Source: an uncultured Spirochaetota bacterium (GTDB lineage: Bacteria; Spirochaetota; Brevinematia; Brevinematales; JAOACQ01). Taken from it: DNA of 64,000 bases. Location of the stretch: NCBI GenBank assembly GCA_963783575.1, contig CAWAOD010000018.1, positions 128,001-192,000 of the forward strand, given 5' to 3'. Shown one piece after another: positions 18,672 to 27,759 of this stretch. A program made the translations under genes and the position numbers. Position 1 is the stretch's first letter; each line of letters starts with the position of its first letter. The notes below the pieces were generated by a model. The model was given only the letters and a program-made list of their open reading frames with translations, did no database searches and had not been told where the DNA came from.

Positions 18672-20660
18672 ATGGAAGCAATTTTTGCAGGACTTGGATT
18701 AATTCTTATTGGAGGGATATCACAATTAATTTTTCCGGAAAAATATAAAGGCTGGATTTTTTTAATATTTTTAGGCATAGGAATCTGCTTTGTACTGCCT
18801 GGATCGGTATCGATTTTATTTTCAGGTACGGCCATATCATCCCAGATTAGCCTGTTATACCCCGTCGGTGATGTAAAATTAGTAATAGATTCATTATCGG
18901 CTTTCTTCATACTTTTTATTTCTATAATGAGTTTTTTTACCGTTTTATATTCAATCGGTTATACAAAATACTATATAAATCATAAAAAATCTCTTTCCTC
19001 ATTTTTCTTTTTTACATGTGTCCTGCTTCTATCAATGTTGATGGTTGTTATAGTACAGAATGCGCTAGCATTTTTGATGTGCTGGGAAATTATGTCTCTA
19101 TCCTCATTTTTTTTGGTTACTTTTGAAAACGAGAAAGAAGAAACATTTAAGGCCGGAATGAATTATCTAGTAGCTATGCATATCGGGTTTATTTTTCTTG
19201 TATGCGGTTTTATTCTTCTTTCAATTAAATCAGGAGAATACAGCTTCGATTCCTTTAAAAAAATATTAATATTTAATAAAGAAATTATTAATCTTGTTTT
19301 TATTTTATTTTTTATAGGTTTTGGAACAAAAGCTGGTTTTATCCCTCTTCATACTTGGTTACCGAGAGCCCATCCGGCTGCACCCAGCCCTATTTCAGGC
19401 ATGATGTCAGGTATAATGATAAAAACGGGCATTTATGGAATATTGAGACTCATTTTGATGATTGGAACACCGCCGGTTGAGCTGTCATATTTCATTCTGA
19501 TTATATCAACCATTTCGGCATTATTGGGTGTAATTTATGCTATTGCGCAACATGATCTCAAGAAACTTCTGGCATTTCACAGTGTTGAAAACATTGGAAT
19601 TATAGGCATGGGGATTGGAGTTGGGATGCTCGGACTTTCATATAACAATCAGCTTATGGCGGCAATGGGATTCGGCGGTGGACTTTTACATATCATCAAT
19701 CATTCTATATTTAAGGAGCTTCTTTTTTTCGGCGCCGGATCGGTATATTTAAAAACTCACACTAGAAATATTGAGGATATGGGTGGATTGATCAAGAAAA
19801 TGCCTTATACGGGAATTTTTTTCTTGATAGGCTCAACTGCGATAAGCGGCCTGCCTCCATTAAACGGATTTATCAGTGAATTTATGATATATCTTGGAAT
19901 GTTTTACGGATTAAAGAACAGCAATTCCCTACTATTTACTACTCTGGTGTTATCAATAGCTTCATTGGCCTTTGTCGGAGCAATGGCGTTATTATGCTTT
20001 ACAAAGGTTTTTTCGACTGTCTTTCTTGGTTTATCAAGGATTGAAACTGTTGAAAAACCGGTTGAGTCATCTTTATCAATGTTAATCCCAATGTTCTGTT
20101 TATCACTTCTTTGTTTCATTATTGGAATACTTCCTCAATTTATAATTAATCTAGCCGGAAAAAACATTCAGAATTTTACTGGTATTAATGACACCTTTCT
20201 TTTTGATAAAGGCATTTTTCAACTATTAACAACGATTTCAATTTTCAGCTTGATTTTCATTGTTATGATCAATCTTATTTTAATTATCAGATATAATCTT
20301 CTAATGAATTCAACAGTACATGAAGATAAAACATGGGCTTGTGGATATCAGGCAGGAAATGCCAGGATGCAATATACAGCCTCTTCTTTTGCACAGCCTT
20401 TTCTCGAGATGGTGAAACCTGTGGCAAATATACATATGGAAATAAAAAAACCGGAGGGAATATTTCCTGGAGATTCATCTTTTGAGTCAAAAAGTTTTGA
20501 CTGGTTCAATCATTATATTTTTAAGCCTATAATACTATGGATAACAAAAATTTTGGATTTATTTTCATGGATTCAGAAAGGCAATACTCAACAGTATATT
20601 CTTTATGGATTAATCTTCCTTTTATTGGCAATAGCCTGGACTATGGGTATCAGCAAATGA
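18672..20660 (+). CDS. hyfB: Hydrogenase-4 component B-like / NuoL-type antiporter subunit
   Basis: WEIMSLSS, GTKAGFIPLHTWLPRAHPAAPSP, LLAFHSVENIG, TWACGY. Confidence 0.9.
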   Translation: MEAIFAGLGLILIGGISQLIFPEKYKGWIFLIFLGIGICFVLPGSVSILFSGTAISSQISLLYPVGDVKLVIDSLSAFFILFISIMSFFTVLYSIGYTKYYINHKKSLSSFFFFTCVLLLSMLMVVIVQNALAFLMCWEIMSLSSFFLVTFENEKEETFKAGMNYLVAMHIGFIFLVCGFILLSIKSGEYSFDSFKKILIFNKEIINLVFILFFIGFGTKAGFIPLHTWLPRAHPAAPSPISGMMSGIMIKTGIYGILRLILMIGTPPVELSYFILIISTISALLGVIYAIAQHDLKKLLAFHSVENIGIIGMGIGVGMLGLSYNNQLMAAMGFGGGLLHIINHSIFKELLFFGAGSVYLKTHTRNIEDMGGLIKKMPYTGIFFLIGSTAISGLPPLNGFISEFMIYLGMFYGLKNSNSLLFTTLVLSIASLAFVGAMALLCFTKVFSTVFLGLSRIETVEKPVESSLSMLIPMFCLSLLCFIIGILPQFIINLAGKNIQNFTGINDTFLFDKGIFQLLTTISIFSLIFIVMINLILIIRYNLLMNSTVHEDKTWACGYQAGNARMQYTASSFAQPFLEMVKPVANIHMEIKKPEGIFPGDSSFESKSFDWFNHYIFKPIILWITKILDLFSWIQKGNTQQYILYGLIFLLLAIAWTMGISK

Positions 20661-21580
20661 TATTAAGGATATTGAATATACTTTTTCTTTTAATTTTACC
20701 TTTTTTCTTTCTTGGAACAATTAATAAAGTAAAAGCTTTCTGGGCTGGAAGAAAAGGTCCCTCAATTTTACAGCCGTTTCATGATTTTATCAGGTTGTTA
20801 AAAAAAGGTGCTGTTATTAGCAGTACAACAACTTTAATCTTTCAAATAAGTCCATCTGTAAATTTTGCAGCAATTTTTATGTCAGGAATAATTGTACCAA
20901 TGACCGGGCACACATCAATATATCCATTTAGCGGTGATTTCATCCTTTTTGCCTATATTCTCGGTTTAGGTAAATTCTTCAGTATTCTCGGAGCCATGGA
21001 TACGGGATCAAGTTTTGAGGGTATGGGTGCAAGCCGGGAAGCAGCTTTTTCAAGTCTTGTAGAACCTGCTTTCTTTATCATAATGGCAATATTTGCATCA
21101 ATTACAGGGAATTATTCATTCGAAGGAATATTATCACTGCCGTACTGGAATAACGGATTGATGACGTTGATCCTTATAATTACATTTTCATCGTTGTTTA
21201 TTATGATTTTGACTGAAAGCTGCCGAATTCCTGTTGACGACCCGAATACCCACCTTGAATTGACGATGATACATGAAGTTATGGTTCTCGACAATTCAGG
21301 CCCGGATCTGGCACTAATCAATTATGGAGCAGGAATTAAAATGGTAGTGCTTACATCAATCATTACTAATTTAATCATACCAAAAGAACTCGCCTTAAAT
21401 ATTTCAATCCCGGCTTTTTTAGGTTTACAATTAATTACAGCATCGCTCATCGGATGTGTTGAATCATTGATAGCAAGATTAAGAATGACGCATGTCCCGC
21501 AGTTTGTCCTTTTGATGACTTCACTCGCATTGATAGCATTGTCTTTAACTGCCTATTATATTTACGGGGGAAAGATATGA
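20657..21580 (+). CDS. hyfC: HyfC/HycD (NuoH-like) membrane subunit
   Basis: GRKGPSILQP, GSSFEGMGASRE, RIPVDDPNTHLELTMIHE; ATGA overlap with hyfB. Confidence 0.9.
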   Translation: MILRILNILFLLILPFFFLGTINKVKAFWAGRKGPSILQPFHDFIRLLKKGAVISSTTTLIFQISPSVNFAAIFMSGIIVPMTGHTSIYPFSGDFILFAYILGLGKFFSILGAMDTGSSFEGMGASREAAFSSLVEPAFFIIMAIFASITGNYSFEGILSLPYWNNGLMTLILIITFSSLFIMILTESCRIPVDDPNTHLELTMIHEVMVLDNSGPDLALINYGAGIKMVVLTSIITNLIIPKELALNISIPAFLGLQLITASLIGCVESLIARLRMTHVPQFVLLMTSLALIALSLTAYYIYGGKI

Positions 21581-22212
21581 TCAATTTTATATTGATAATT
21601 TTCGGAATCACAATGCTTTTTGTGTCTGCAACTAGCCGGATTGAAGGTTATATTAAATCGCTTGCAGTCCAAGGTTTTTTACTTTTCTTAATGGTTATTT
21701 CCGATCTGGGTAAAATGAATCTTCCTACACTTGTTTTTCTTTCTGTAGAAACAATTGTATTTAAGACTATAATAATCCCTGTTTTCCTGATTCGCACAGT
21801 ACGGAAAAGCGGATTCCTACGTGAAATTGAGCCGTATATCTCTAGCTTTTATTCCCTGCTGATTATAAGTCTGATTTTTGCTTCCGGAATATTTTTATCA
21901 TTCTGGGCAATAAAATTCGAAAATAAACTCCATACTCTTTATTTCGGAATTTCTATATCTACGATAATTTCTAGTTTATTCATAATTCTCACCAGAAAAA
22001 AAATCATTACTCATGTTATGGGATATATGATGCTTGAAAATGGAATTTTTCTTCTTTCACTGTCAATTGCCAAGGAAATGCCGGTAATTGTCAACCTTGG
22101 GGTTCTGCTTGATATTTTTGCAGGAATTTATCTTTTGGGTTTGTTTGTTAATAAAATTCAAACTGCTTTTGACGAGGATCATATCGATACATTAACACAA
22201 TTGAAGGATTGA
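21577..22212 (+). CDS. hyfE: HyfE-like membrane subunit
   Basis: Hydrophobic, with GYMMLENGI; position in the operon fits. Confidence 0.85.
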   Translation: MINFILIIFGITMLFVSATSRIEGYIKSLAVQGFLLFLMVISDLGKMNLPTLVFLSVETIVFKTIIIPVFLIRTVRKSGFLREIEPYISSFYSLLIISLIFASGIFLSFWAIKFENKLHTLYFGISISTIISSLFIILTRKKIITHVMGYMMLENGIFLLSLSIAKEMPVIVNLGVLLDIFAGIYLLGLFVNKIQTAFDEDHIDTLTQLKD

Positions 22213-23651
22213 AAATGCTTTTAGCGCTATTTATAATACCAGTTATTTTAAGTCTTGTACTTTTTTTGATTAAGTCGAAATTTGCAAATACCTATGCTAA
22301 TTTTATAAATTCAACAGTCTACATTGTAATAACATTTTTATTAATTAACAGGCCGGCTTCATTCACACCCTATTTCAAGATTGATTCACTTAACATATTA
22401 TTTTTGCTTATTCTGGCCGTTTTATATTTTGGGATATCAATTTATAATATTGATTTTTTAAGACACAGTAACGCATCCAAACAGAGCCATACTTATTATA
22501 CAATTTTTTTCCTGCTTTTCGTATTATCGATGGCAGGTGTTCTTCTCAGTACTCATCTTGCTTTAATGTGGGTTTTTATTGAAGCGACAACACTAACAAG
22601 TTCATACTTGATTTATTTTAATAAAACAAATTCTTCGCTTGAAGCAGCCTGGAAATATATTTTTATCTGTTCCATTGGTATTTCACTGGCTTTTGTCGGA
22701 ATAATCCTGTTGTCATTAGGAATGGGAAGTATAAATTCACTATTTTTTGAAGATCTTTATAATAACGCAAAATCAATAAATCCTTTCTGGCTAAAACTGG
22801 CATTTATCTTTATTCTTGTTGGGCTTGGTACAAAAGCAGGATTAGCACCAGTTCATGCCTGGCTCCCCGACGCGCATTCCGAAGCTCCTTCACCTGTTTC
22901 AGCAATGCTTTCTGGGGCGTTATTAAATGCAGCCTTGATAGGCATCATCAGGATTTCAAAATTGATGAGTTTAGCATCTCTGGATTATTACTCAAGGAAC
23001 CTGCTTATCTGCATGGGATTTTTATCTCTTTTTATAAGTGCGGTATATATTGTTAAAATAAATAATTATAAAAGGATGCTGGCATATTCATCGATCGAAA
23101 ATATAGGAATCATTGCAATTGGAATCGGGATCGGCGGCGCTGCAATTTTTGCCGCTTTGCTTCACTTGATAGCACACTCGCTAATAAAAGCATCGCTTTT
23201 TCTCACATCTGGAAATATATTGCGAAGGTTCGGAACGAGAAAAGTAAATGAAGTTGGCGGATATTTAAATAAAGAACCGCTTTCGGCATGGATTTGGATA
23301 TTTTCTTTTACAGCGATCGCTGGAATTCCTCCATTTCCGATTTTCTTAAGTGAGTTTATTATAGTAAAAGAGACGCTGCGGAATGGACAAATTATTTTGT
23401 TAATTCCTTTTTTCCTCCTACTGACAATTATAATTGCCGGAATTGGAATTATTGTTTTCCGAATAAGCTGGCCCAGGGGAAATGGTGCTTTAAACTCTAA
23501 AATATCTGAAGAAATCATTCCTACAAAAACCACTGTTTTTTTAACTTCTCTACCGCAGATAATATTTCTTTTGATTCTATTAATAATGGGGGTCGGATTA
23601 CCTGATTTAATCAAAAATATTATTAGTAATGCGGTTACTGGAGTATTTTGA
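22209..23651 (+). CDS. hyfF: HyfF-like antiporter subunit
   Basis: WVFIEATTL, SLEAAWKY, GTKAGLAPVHAWLPDAHSEAPSP, KRMLAYSSIE. Confidence 0.9.
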   Translation: MKMLLALFIIPVILSLVLFLIKSKFANTYANFINSTVYIVITFLLINRPASFTPYFKIDSLNILFLLILAVLYFGISIYNIDFLRHSNASKQSHTYYTIFFLLFVLSMAGVLLSTHLALMWVFIEATTLTSSYLIYFNKTNSSLEAAWKYIFICSIGISLAFVGIILLSLGMGSINSLFFEDLYNNAKSINPFWLKLAFIFILVGLGTKAGLAPVHAWLPDAHSEAPSPVSAMLSGALLNAALIGIIRISKLMSLASLDYYSRNLLICMGFLSLFISAVYIVKINNYKRMLAYSSIENIGIIAIGIGIGGAAIFAALLHLIAHSLIKASLFLTSGNILRRFGTRKVNEVGGYLNKEPLSAWIWIFSFTAIAGIPPFPIFLSEFIIVKETLRNGQIILLIPFFLLLTIIIAGIGIIVFRISWPRGNGALNSKISEEIIPTKTTVFLTSLPQIIFLLILLIMGVGLPDLIKNIISNAVTGVF

Positions 23652-23675
23652 TTATTTTATATAAAATAGGAGTTT

Positions 23676-24119
23676 ATGATGGAATCAATAACAACCAAAC
23701 TGGATGTGCCAAGTATTCCGTTTAACCGATTTATAGGAATACACAGACCACCCGAAGACAGTGCACATATTCTGGAATTGAACGAATCCCATAATTATCT
23801 AAATCATCTTGATACAGTACATGCAAGTGCTCAATTTGCTTTAGCTGAAGCAACAAGCGGCGAATTTCTATTAAAAAAGTTTTCTGATTACAATGAAGTG
23901 ATACTCCCAGTTGTCCGCCGGGTAGAAATGAAATATAAAAAACCTGCCAGAGGCAAGTTATTTTCAAGGGCCGAATTTTCTGAAAAGAAAAAAGAGGATG
24001 TCATCATGGAACTAAATACAAAAAAAAGATCAATACTCACAGTAAATGTTGAAATTTATGACATCGAAAATTGTATAACTCTAAATTCATCTTTTGAATG
24101 GTTTATACAGCGAGTCTAA
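23676..24119 (+). CDS. Hot-dog fold thioesterase-like protein (PaaI/YiiD/DUF4442-like)
   Basis: IPFNRFIG, LNHLDTVHASAQFALAEATSG, EMKYKKPA. Confidence 0.75.
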   Translation: MMESITTKLDVPSIPFNRFIGIHRPPEDSAHILELNESHNYLNHLDTVHASAQFALAEATSGEFLLKKFSDYNEVILPVVRRVEMKYKKPARGKLFSRAEFSEKKKEDVIMELNTKKRSILTVNVEIYDIENCITLNSSFEWFIQRV

Positions 24120-24141
24120 TAATTATTTATTAAGGAAATCT

Positions 24142-25632
24142 ATGAACTGGAAAACAATTAGAAATAACCAATCAATAAACATTAAAGATATTTCACTAAA
24201 TGAAATCTCTTCAATCCGTAAAGAAATTATCGAACAGGTCAATTCAGGTAAAAGGCTTATTTCTTTCTATGGGAATAAATCCGGTAATCAAATAATCTTA
24301 TACATTGTTCTCGCAGATGATGAAAATTCAAGGTTATTTGTCACTTCAGCAATATTTGATAAAGATGCTTCCTATCAATCATTTACTCAGGATTTACCGG
24401 CTTTTAATTTTTTTGAGAGAGAATTTTTTGAGGAATTTGGGATCAAGCCTATCGGACATCCTTGGCTGAAACCAGTCCGGTATAATCATGACAGATTTGA
24501 TCAAGGCCAAAAGATTGAGAACTATCCTTTTTATAAAATGATAGGGAAAGAAATTCATGAAGTTGCGGTTGGTCCGGTTCATGCCGGAATAATTGAACCA
24601 GGGCACTTCCGATTTATGTGTCATGGTGAAAATGTTTATCATCTTGAGATACAAATGGGATATCAACATAGGGGAATAGAAAAATTATTTTTAAATAAAG
24701 AAGTAAGATTTTTACCGTTAATCGCTGAATCAATTGCCGGAGATACTGTAATCGGACATTCGGCTTCCTGTTCACGTCTTCTTGAAGCACTGGGAAATTC
24801 TACGGTTTCAAATAAAGCCTTATCGATCCGGGCAATATCACTTGAACTAGAGAGAATTGCTGTGCATATCGGCGACCTCTGTGCAATTGCAGGTGATGTC
24901 GCTTATTTAATAGGAAATGCCGCATTCGGGACAACCCGGACACTGGCTATTAATTCCACTCTATCAATCTGCGGAAGCCGTTTCGGCAGGGGATTGATCC
25001 GTTGCGGAGGAGTTATGTTTGATATAGATAAAAATCAATCCCAAAATCTTATAAGTAATCTAGATAAAATTAATCATGATATGGAATTAATGGCAGAAAC
25101 TATGTTTTCTTCTTCAAGTGTTCTTTCCAGGCTTGATCAGACCGGTATCGTTGACACGGAAACAGCAAAAAAAATAGGTATGGTCGGCCCGGCAGCCAGA
25201 GCTTCCGGAGTCTCTGTTGATGTAAGGACAGATCATCCTTTCGGAATGTATAGGAATTACCCATATCACAAATTAACGCTGGATTCCGGGGATGTCTTTG
25301 CCAGGGTTTATATCAGATACATAGAAATAAAGCAATCAATAAAATTTATTCTAGAGCAGCTTGAGAATTTTCCTGTTGAAGGCAAATTACAAACCCCATT
25401 CGGAAATCTCGCCCCAGATAGTTTTGCAGTATCAATGACAGAGGGATGGAGAGGTGAGATTGTTCATTCCGCAATTACCGATCAAACCGGTGATATAATC
25501 CGCTACAAAATAAAGGATCCTTCCTTCAATAACTGGTATGGCCTCGCATTGGCGGTCAGAAACAACGGAATTTCAGACTTTCCTTTATGTAATAAAAGCT
25601 TCAATCTATCGTATTGCGGATTTGACCTCTAA
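24142..25632 (+). CDS. Ehr large subunit (HyfG/HycE-like NuoC+NuoD fusion) lacking the [NiFe] CxxC ligands
   Basis: FERE..GHPWLKP, VGPVHAGIIEPGHFRF, GYQHRGIE, EGWRGE, KIKDPSF. The L1 position reads ESIAGD and the L2 position reads NLSYCG. Confidence 0.9.
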   Translation: MNWKTIRNNQSINIKDISLNEISSIRKEIIEQVNSGKRLISFYGNKSGNQIILYIVLADDENSRLFVTSAIFDKDASYQSFTQDLPAFNFFEREFFEEFGIKPIGHPWLKPVRYNHDRFDQGQKIENYPFYKMIGKEIHEVAVGPVHAGIIEPGHFRFMCHGENVYHLEIQMGYQHRGIEKLFLNKEVRFLPLIAESIAGDTVIGHSASCSRLLEALGNSTVSNKALSIRAISLELERIAVHIGDLCAIAGDVAYLIGNAAFGTTRTLAINSTLSICGSRFGRGLIRCGGVMFDIDKNQSQNLISNLDKINHDMELMAETMFSSSSVLSRLDQTGIVDTETAKKIGMVGPAARASGVSVDVRTDHPFGMYRNYPYHKLTLDSGDVFARVYIRYIEIKQSIKFILEQLENFPVEGKLQTPFGNLAPDSFAVSMTEGWRGEIVHSAITDQTGDIIRYKIKDPSFNNWYGLALAVRNNGISDFPLCNKSFNLSYCGFDL

Positions 25633-25635
25633 AAC

Positions 25636-25835
25636 ATCGTGTTTTTCGCCGAACAAAGTTCGGCGGCCTGTATGACTAAATAGGAACTCGTCATGGAACA
25701 TCCTGTTCCCTTTGTTACTTGAGTTTGCCTTTGAGATCGTGTTTTTCGCCAAACTAATGTTCGGGGGCCTTGTATATTTTTGAGTGGCTTTTACGGAACA
25801 TCCTGTTCCCTTGGTTGCTTGCGTGTTTGGCAGAG
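25636..25835. repeat. Two tandem diverged 100-bp structured repeats
   Basis: ATCGTGTTTTTCGCC at 25636 and 25736; GGAACATCCTGTTCCCTT at 25695 and 25795. Confidence 0.8.
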
Positions 25836-25933
25836 CTGGCGTTTTGTGTGTGAATGCAACACAGCTGCTGCTTCCTGAAATTGCCCGCCCCTTTAGGAGT
25901 AACCTATTAATAAATTCTTCCGATAAATAATAT

Positions 25934-25963
25934 ATGTCGTTTTAAGGGATGTCGTTTTAAGGG
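25934..25963 (+). repeat. Perfect 15-bp tandem duplication overlapping the RBS region
   Basis: ATGTCGTTTTAAGGG twice, just upstream of the ATG at 25972. Confidence 0.8.
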
Positions 25964-25971
25964 AGAAATCC

Positions 25972-27759
25972 ATGCACCGTTATATTTTGCTAATTTTTAT
26001 TGCACTTTTTTTAACCCATGTTTTATGCTTTTCAGAGAGCCTGCCGTTAAAAGTCGGATTGGAATTTCCGGATACAAATATTAATACAATATATTTTTCA
26101 CCAAATTTTGACGGTTCCCATGACACTGTTACAATGAATTTCTTGGTTCAAAGCAAGTATCCGGTTGAAAGCTGGGAACTATTGATTTATGACAAAAATT
26201 GGAGTTTAGTTAAGAGGTTTCCCGATATAAGTGAAAAAAAAGAGAATACTAATACTAAGGCATTAATTAATAAATTATTGGAAGGGAAAGAACCCCCTGT
26301 TATATCGGCAAGTATTGAATGGAATGGATTTTCACAGGATGGAAAAGTTCTTCAGGAAGGTTTATATTATTCATTATTGAATGTAATTGATATAAAAAAG
26401 AATAAATGTTCTTCAAAAACCAATATTATTATCCTCGATATCACACCCCCGGCCGCAAGTCTTTCGATTGATGACAGTATTTTCAATCCGAATGGAAACG
26501 GTAATAAAAATAAAGTTAGAATAGAACAAAATCTTTCACAGGATTTTTGGAAAGCTGAGATGAGAAATATTGATGGTGTAGTTGTTTACAGATGGGATTG
26601 GGGGACAAATGCGCCTAAATATGTCGAATGGGATGGGAAAGATCAAAGTGGGTCAGTTTCCCCGGAAGGAACATATGATTATCTGGTTTTTGGCGAAGAT
26701 TCAGCCGGAAATAAAACATTTATATCGATAAATGATATCAAGTTATCCTTGAAAAAATATTCGGTTTTTCTTTCATTATCCAAAGATGTATTGTCTCCTT
26801 TGGGTGATAAAAGTTATAACCATGTATTAATTAAGCCTTATATGACAGAAACCAATGACATTTATGAATGGACAGTGAAAATCCATAATGAAAGCAATAA
26901 TGAAGTTTTTAATATGATCGGGCATGGAGTTCCGCCGAACTTTCTCTGGAATGGGAGGGACAGTAATAATATAGTTGCAAGCAATGGAAAATATATTTGC
27001 TTATTAAGCATAGAATATACTAATGGTAATAGAGCCGAATCACAGAGCTACCCTGTCTGGATCAATTCTTCAGCTCCAAGATTATCGGCAGTTTATGAAC
27101 CATCACTATTTTCTCCCGATGGTGACGGTAGTAACGACACACTTTTCATACACTTAAAAGCTGAAGATGTTTCACCAATTTCAGATTGGAAATTATCAAT
27201 CTTTGACCCAGATGGAAAGCCCTTCAAAATATATGAAGGAAAAGGAAGACCTCCTGAAATAATAAAATGGAATGGACGATCAGACAACGGTGAACTTGTA
27301 GAAAGTGCAAGTGATTATGGTGTTAAAGCATCAGCCGAAGATATTCTAGGGAATAAAACTAATGATTATGATTTACCCCCGATAAAGATTGATGTACTTG
27401 TTGAAAGAACAGTGCGTGGACTTAAGATAAGAATTAATAATATTGAATTTGAAACCGGAAAATCCAATTTTGCTGAAAAAAAGACTGCAATTCTTGACAG
27501 GGTTGTCCAAATACTTAATAAATATAAGGAATATAAATTAGAGATTGAAGGTCATACTGATAACGTAGGTTCGGAAAAAAAGAATTTATCACTTTCAAAG
27601 TTAAGAGCAATTGCAGTTTATGATTATCTGGTTAAGAAAGGATTGTTAATGAACAGAATGACTACTGCAGGATATGGTTTTAAATACCCGATTTCCAATA
27701 ATGCAACTGAGGAAGGCCGAAGGAAAAACAGAAGGGTTGAATTTATTCTTGTTAAATGA
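25972..27759 (+). CDS. OmpA-family protein with FlgD-Ig-like repeats
   Basis: Signal peptide, repeated FSPN/DGDG..D and W(N/D)G units, C-terminal IEGHTDN...LSKLRA...NRRVEF. Confidence 0.9.
   Translation: MHRYILLIFIALFLTHVLCFSESLPLKVGLEFPDTNINTIYFSPNFDGSHDTVTMNFLVQSKYPVESWELLIYDKNWSLVKRFPDISEKKENTNTKALINKLLEGKEPPVISASIEWNGFSQDGKVLQEGLYYSLLNVIDIKKNKCSSKTNIIILDITPPAASLSIDDSIFNPNGNGNKNKVRIEQNLSQDFWKAEMRNIDGVVVYRWDWGTNAPKYVEWDGKDQSGSVSPEGTYDYLVFGEDSAGNKTFISINDIKLSLKKYSVFLSLSKDVLSPLGDKSYNHVLIKPYMTETNDIYEWTVKIHNESNNEVFNMIGHGVPPNFLWNGRDSNNIVASNGKYICLLSIEYTNGNRAESQSYPVWINSSAPRLSAVYEPSLFSPDGDGSNDTLFIHLKAEDVSPISDWKLSIFDPDGKPFKIYEGKGRPPEIIKWNGRSDNGELVESASDYGVKASAEDILGNKTNDYDLPPIKIDVLVERTVRGLKIRINNIEFETGKSNFAEKKTAILDRVVQILNKYKEYKLEIEGHTDNVGSEKKNLSLSKLRAIAVYDYLVKKGLLMNRMTTAGYGFKYPISNNATEEGRRKNRRVEFILVK

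Noticed and set aside
18672..25632. Functional [NiFe] hydrogenase-4 / formate hydrogenlyase
   Set aside because: Both Ni-binding CxxC motifs are missing from the large subunit.
25636..25835. CRISPR array
   Set aside because: Only two degenerate 100-bp units, no repeat-spacer series and no cas genes.
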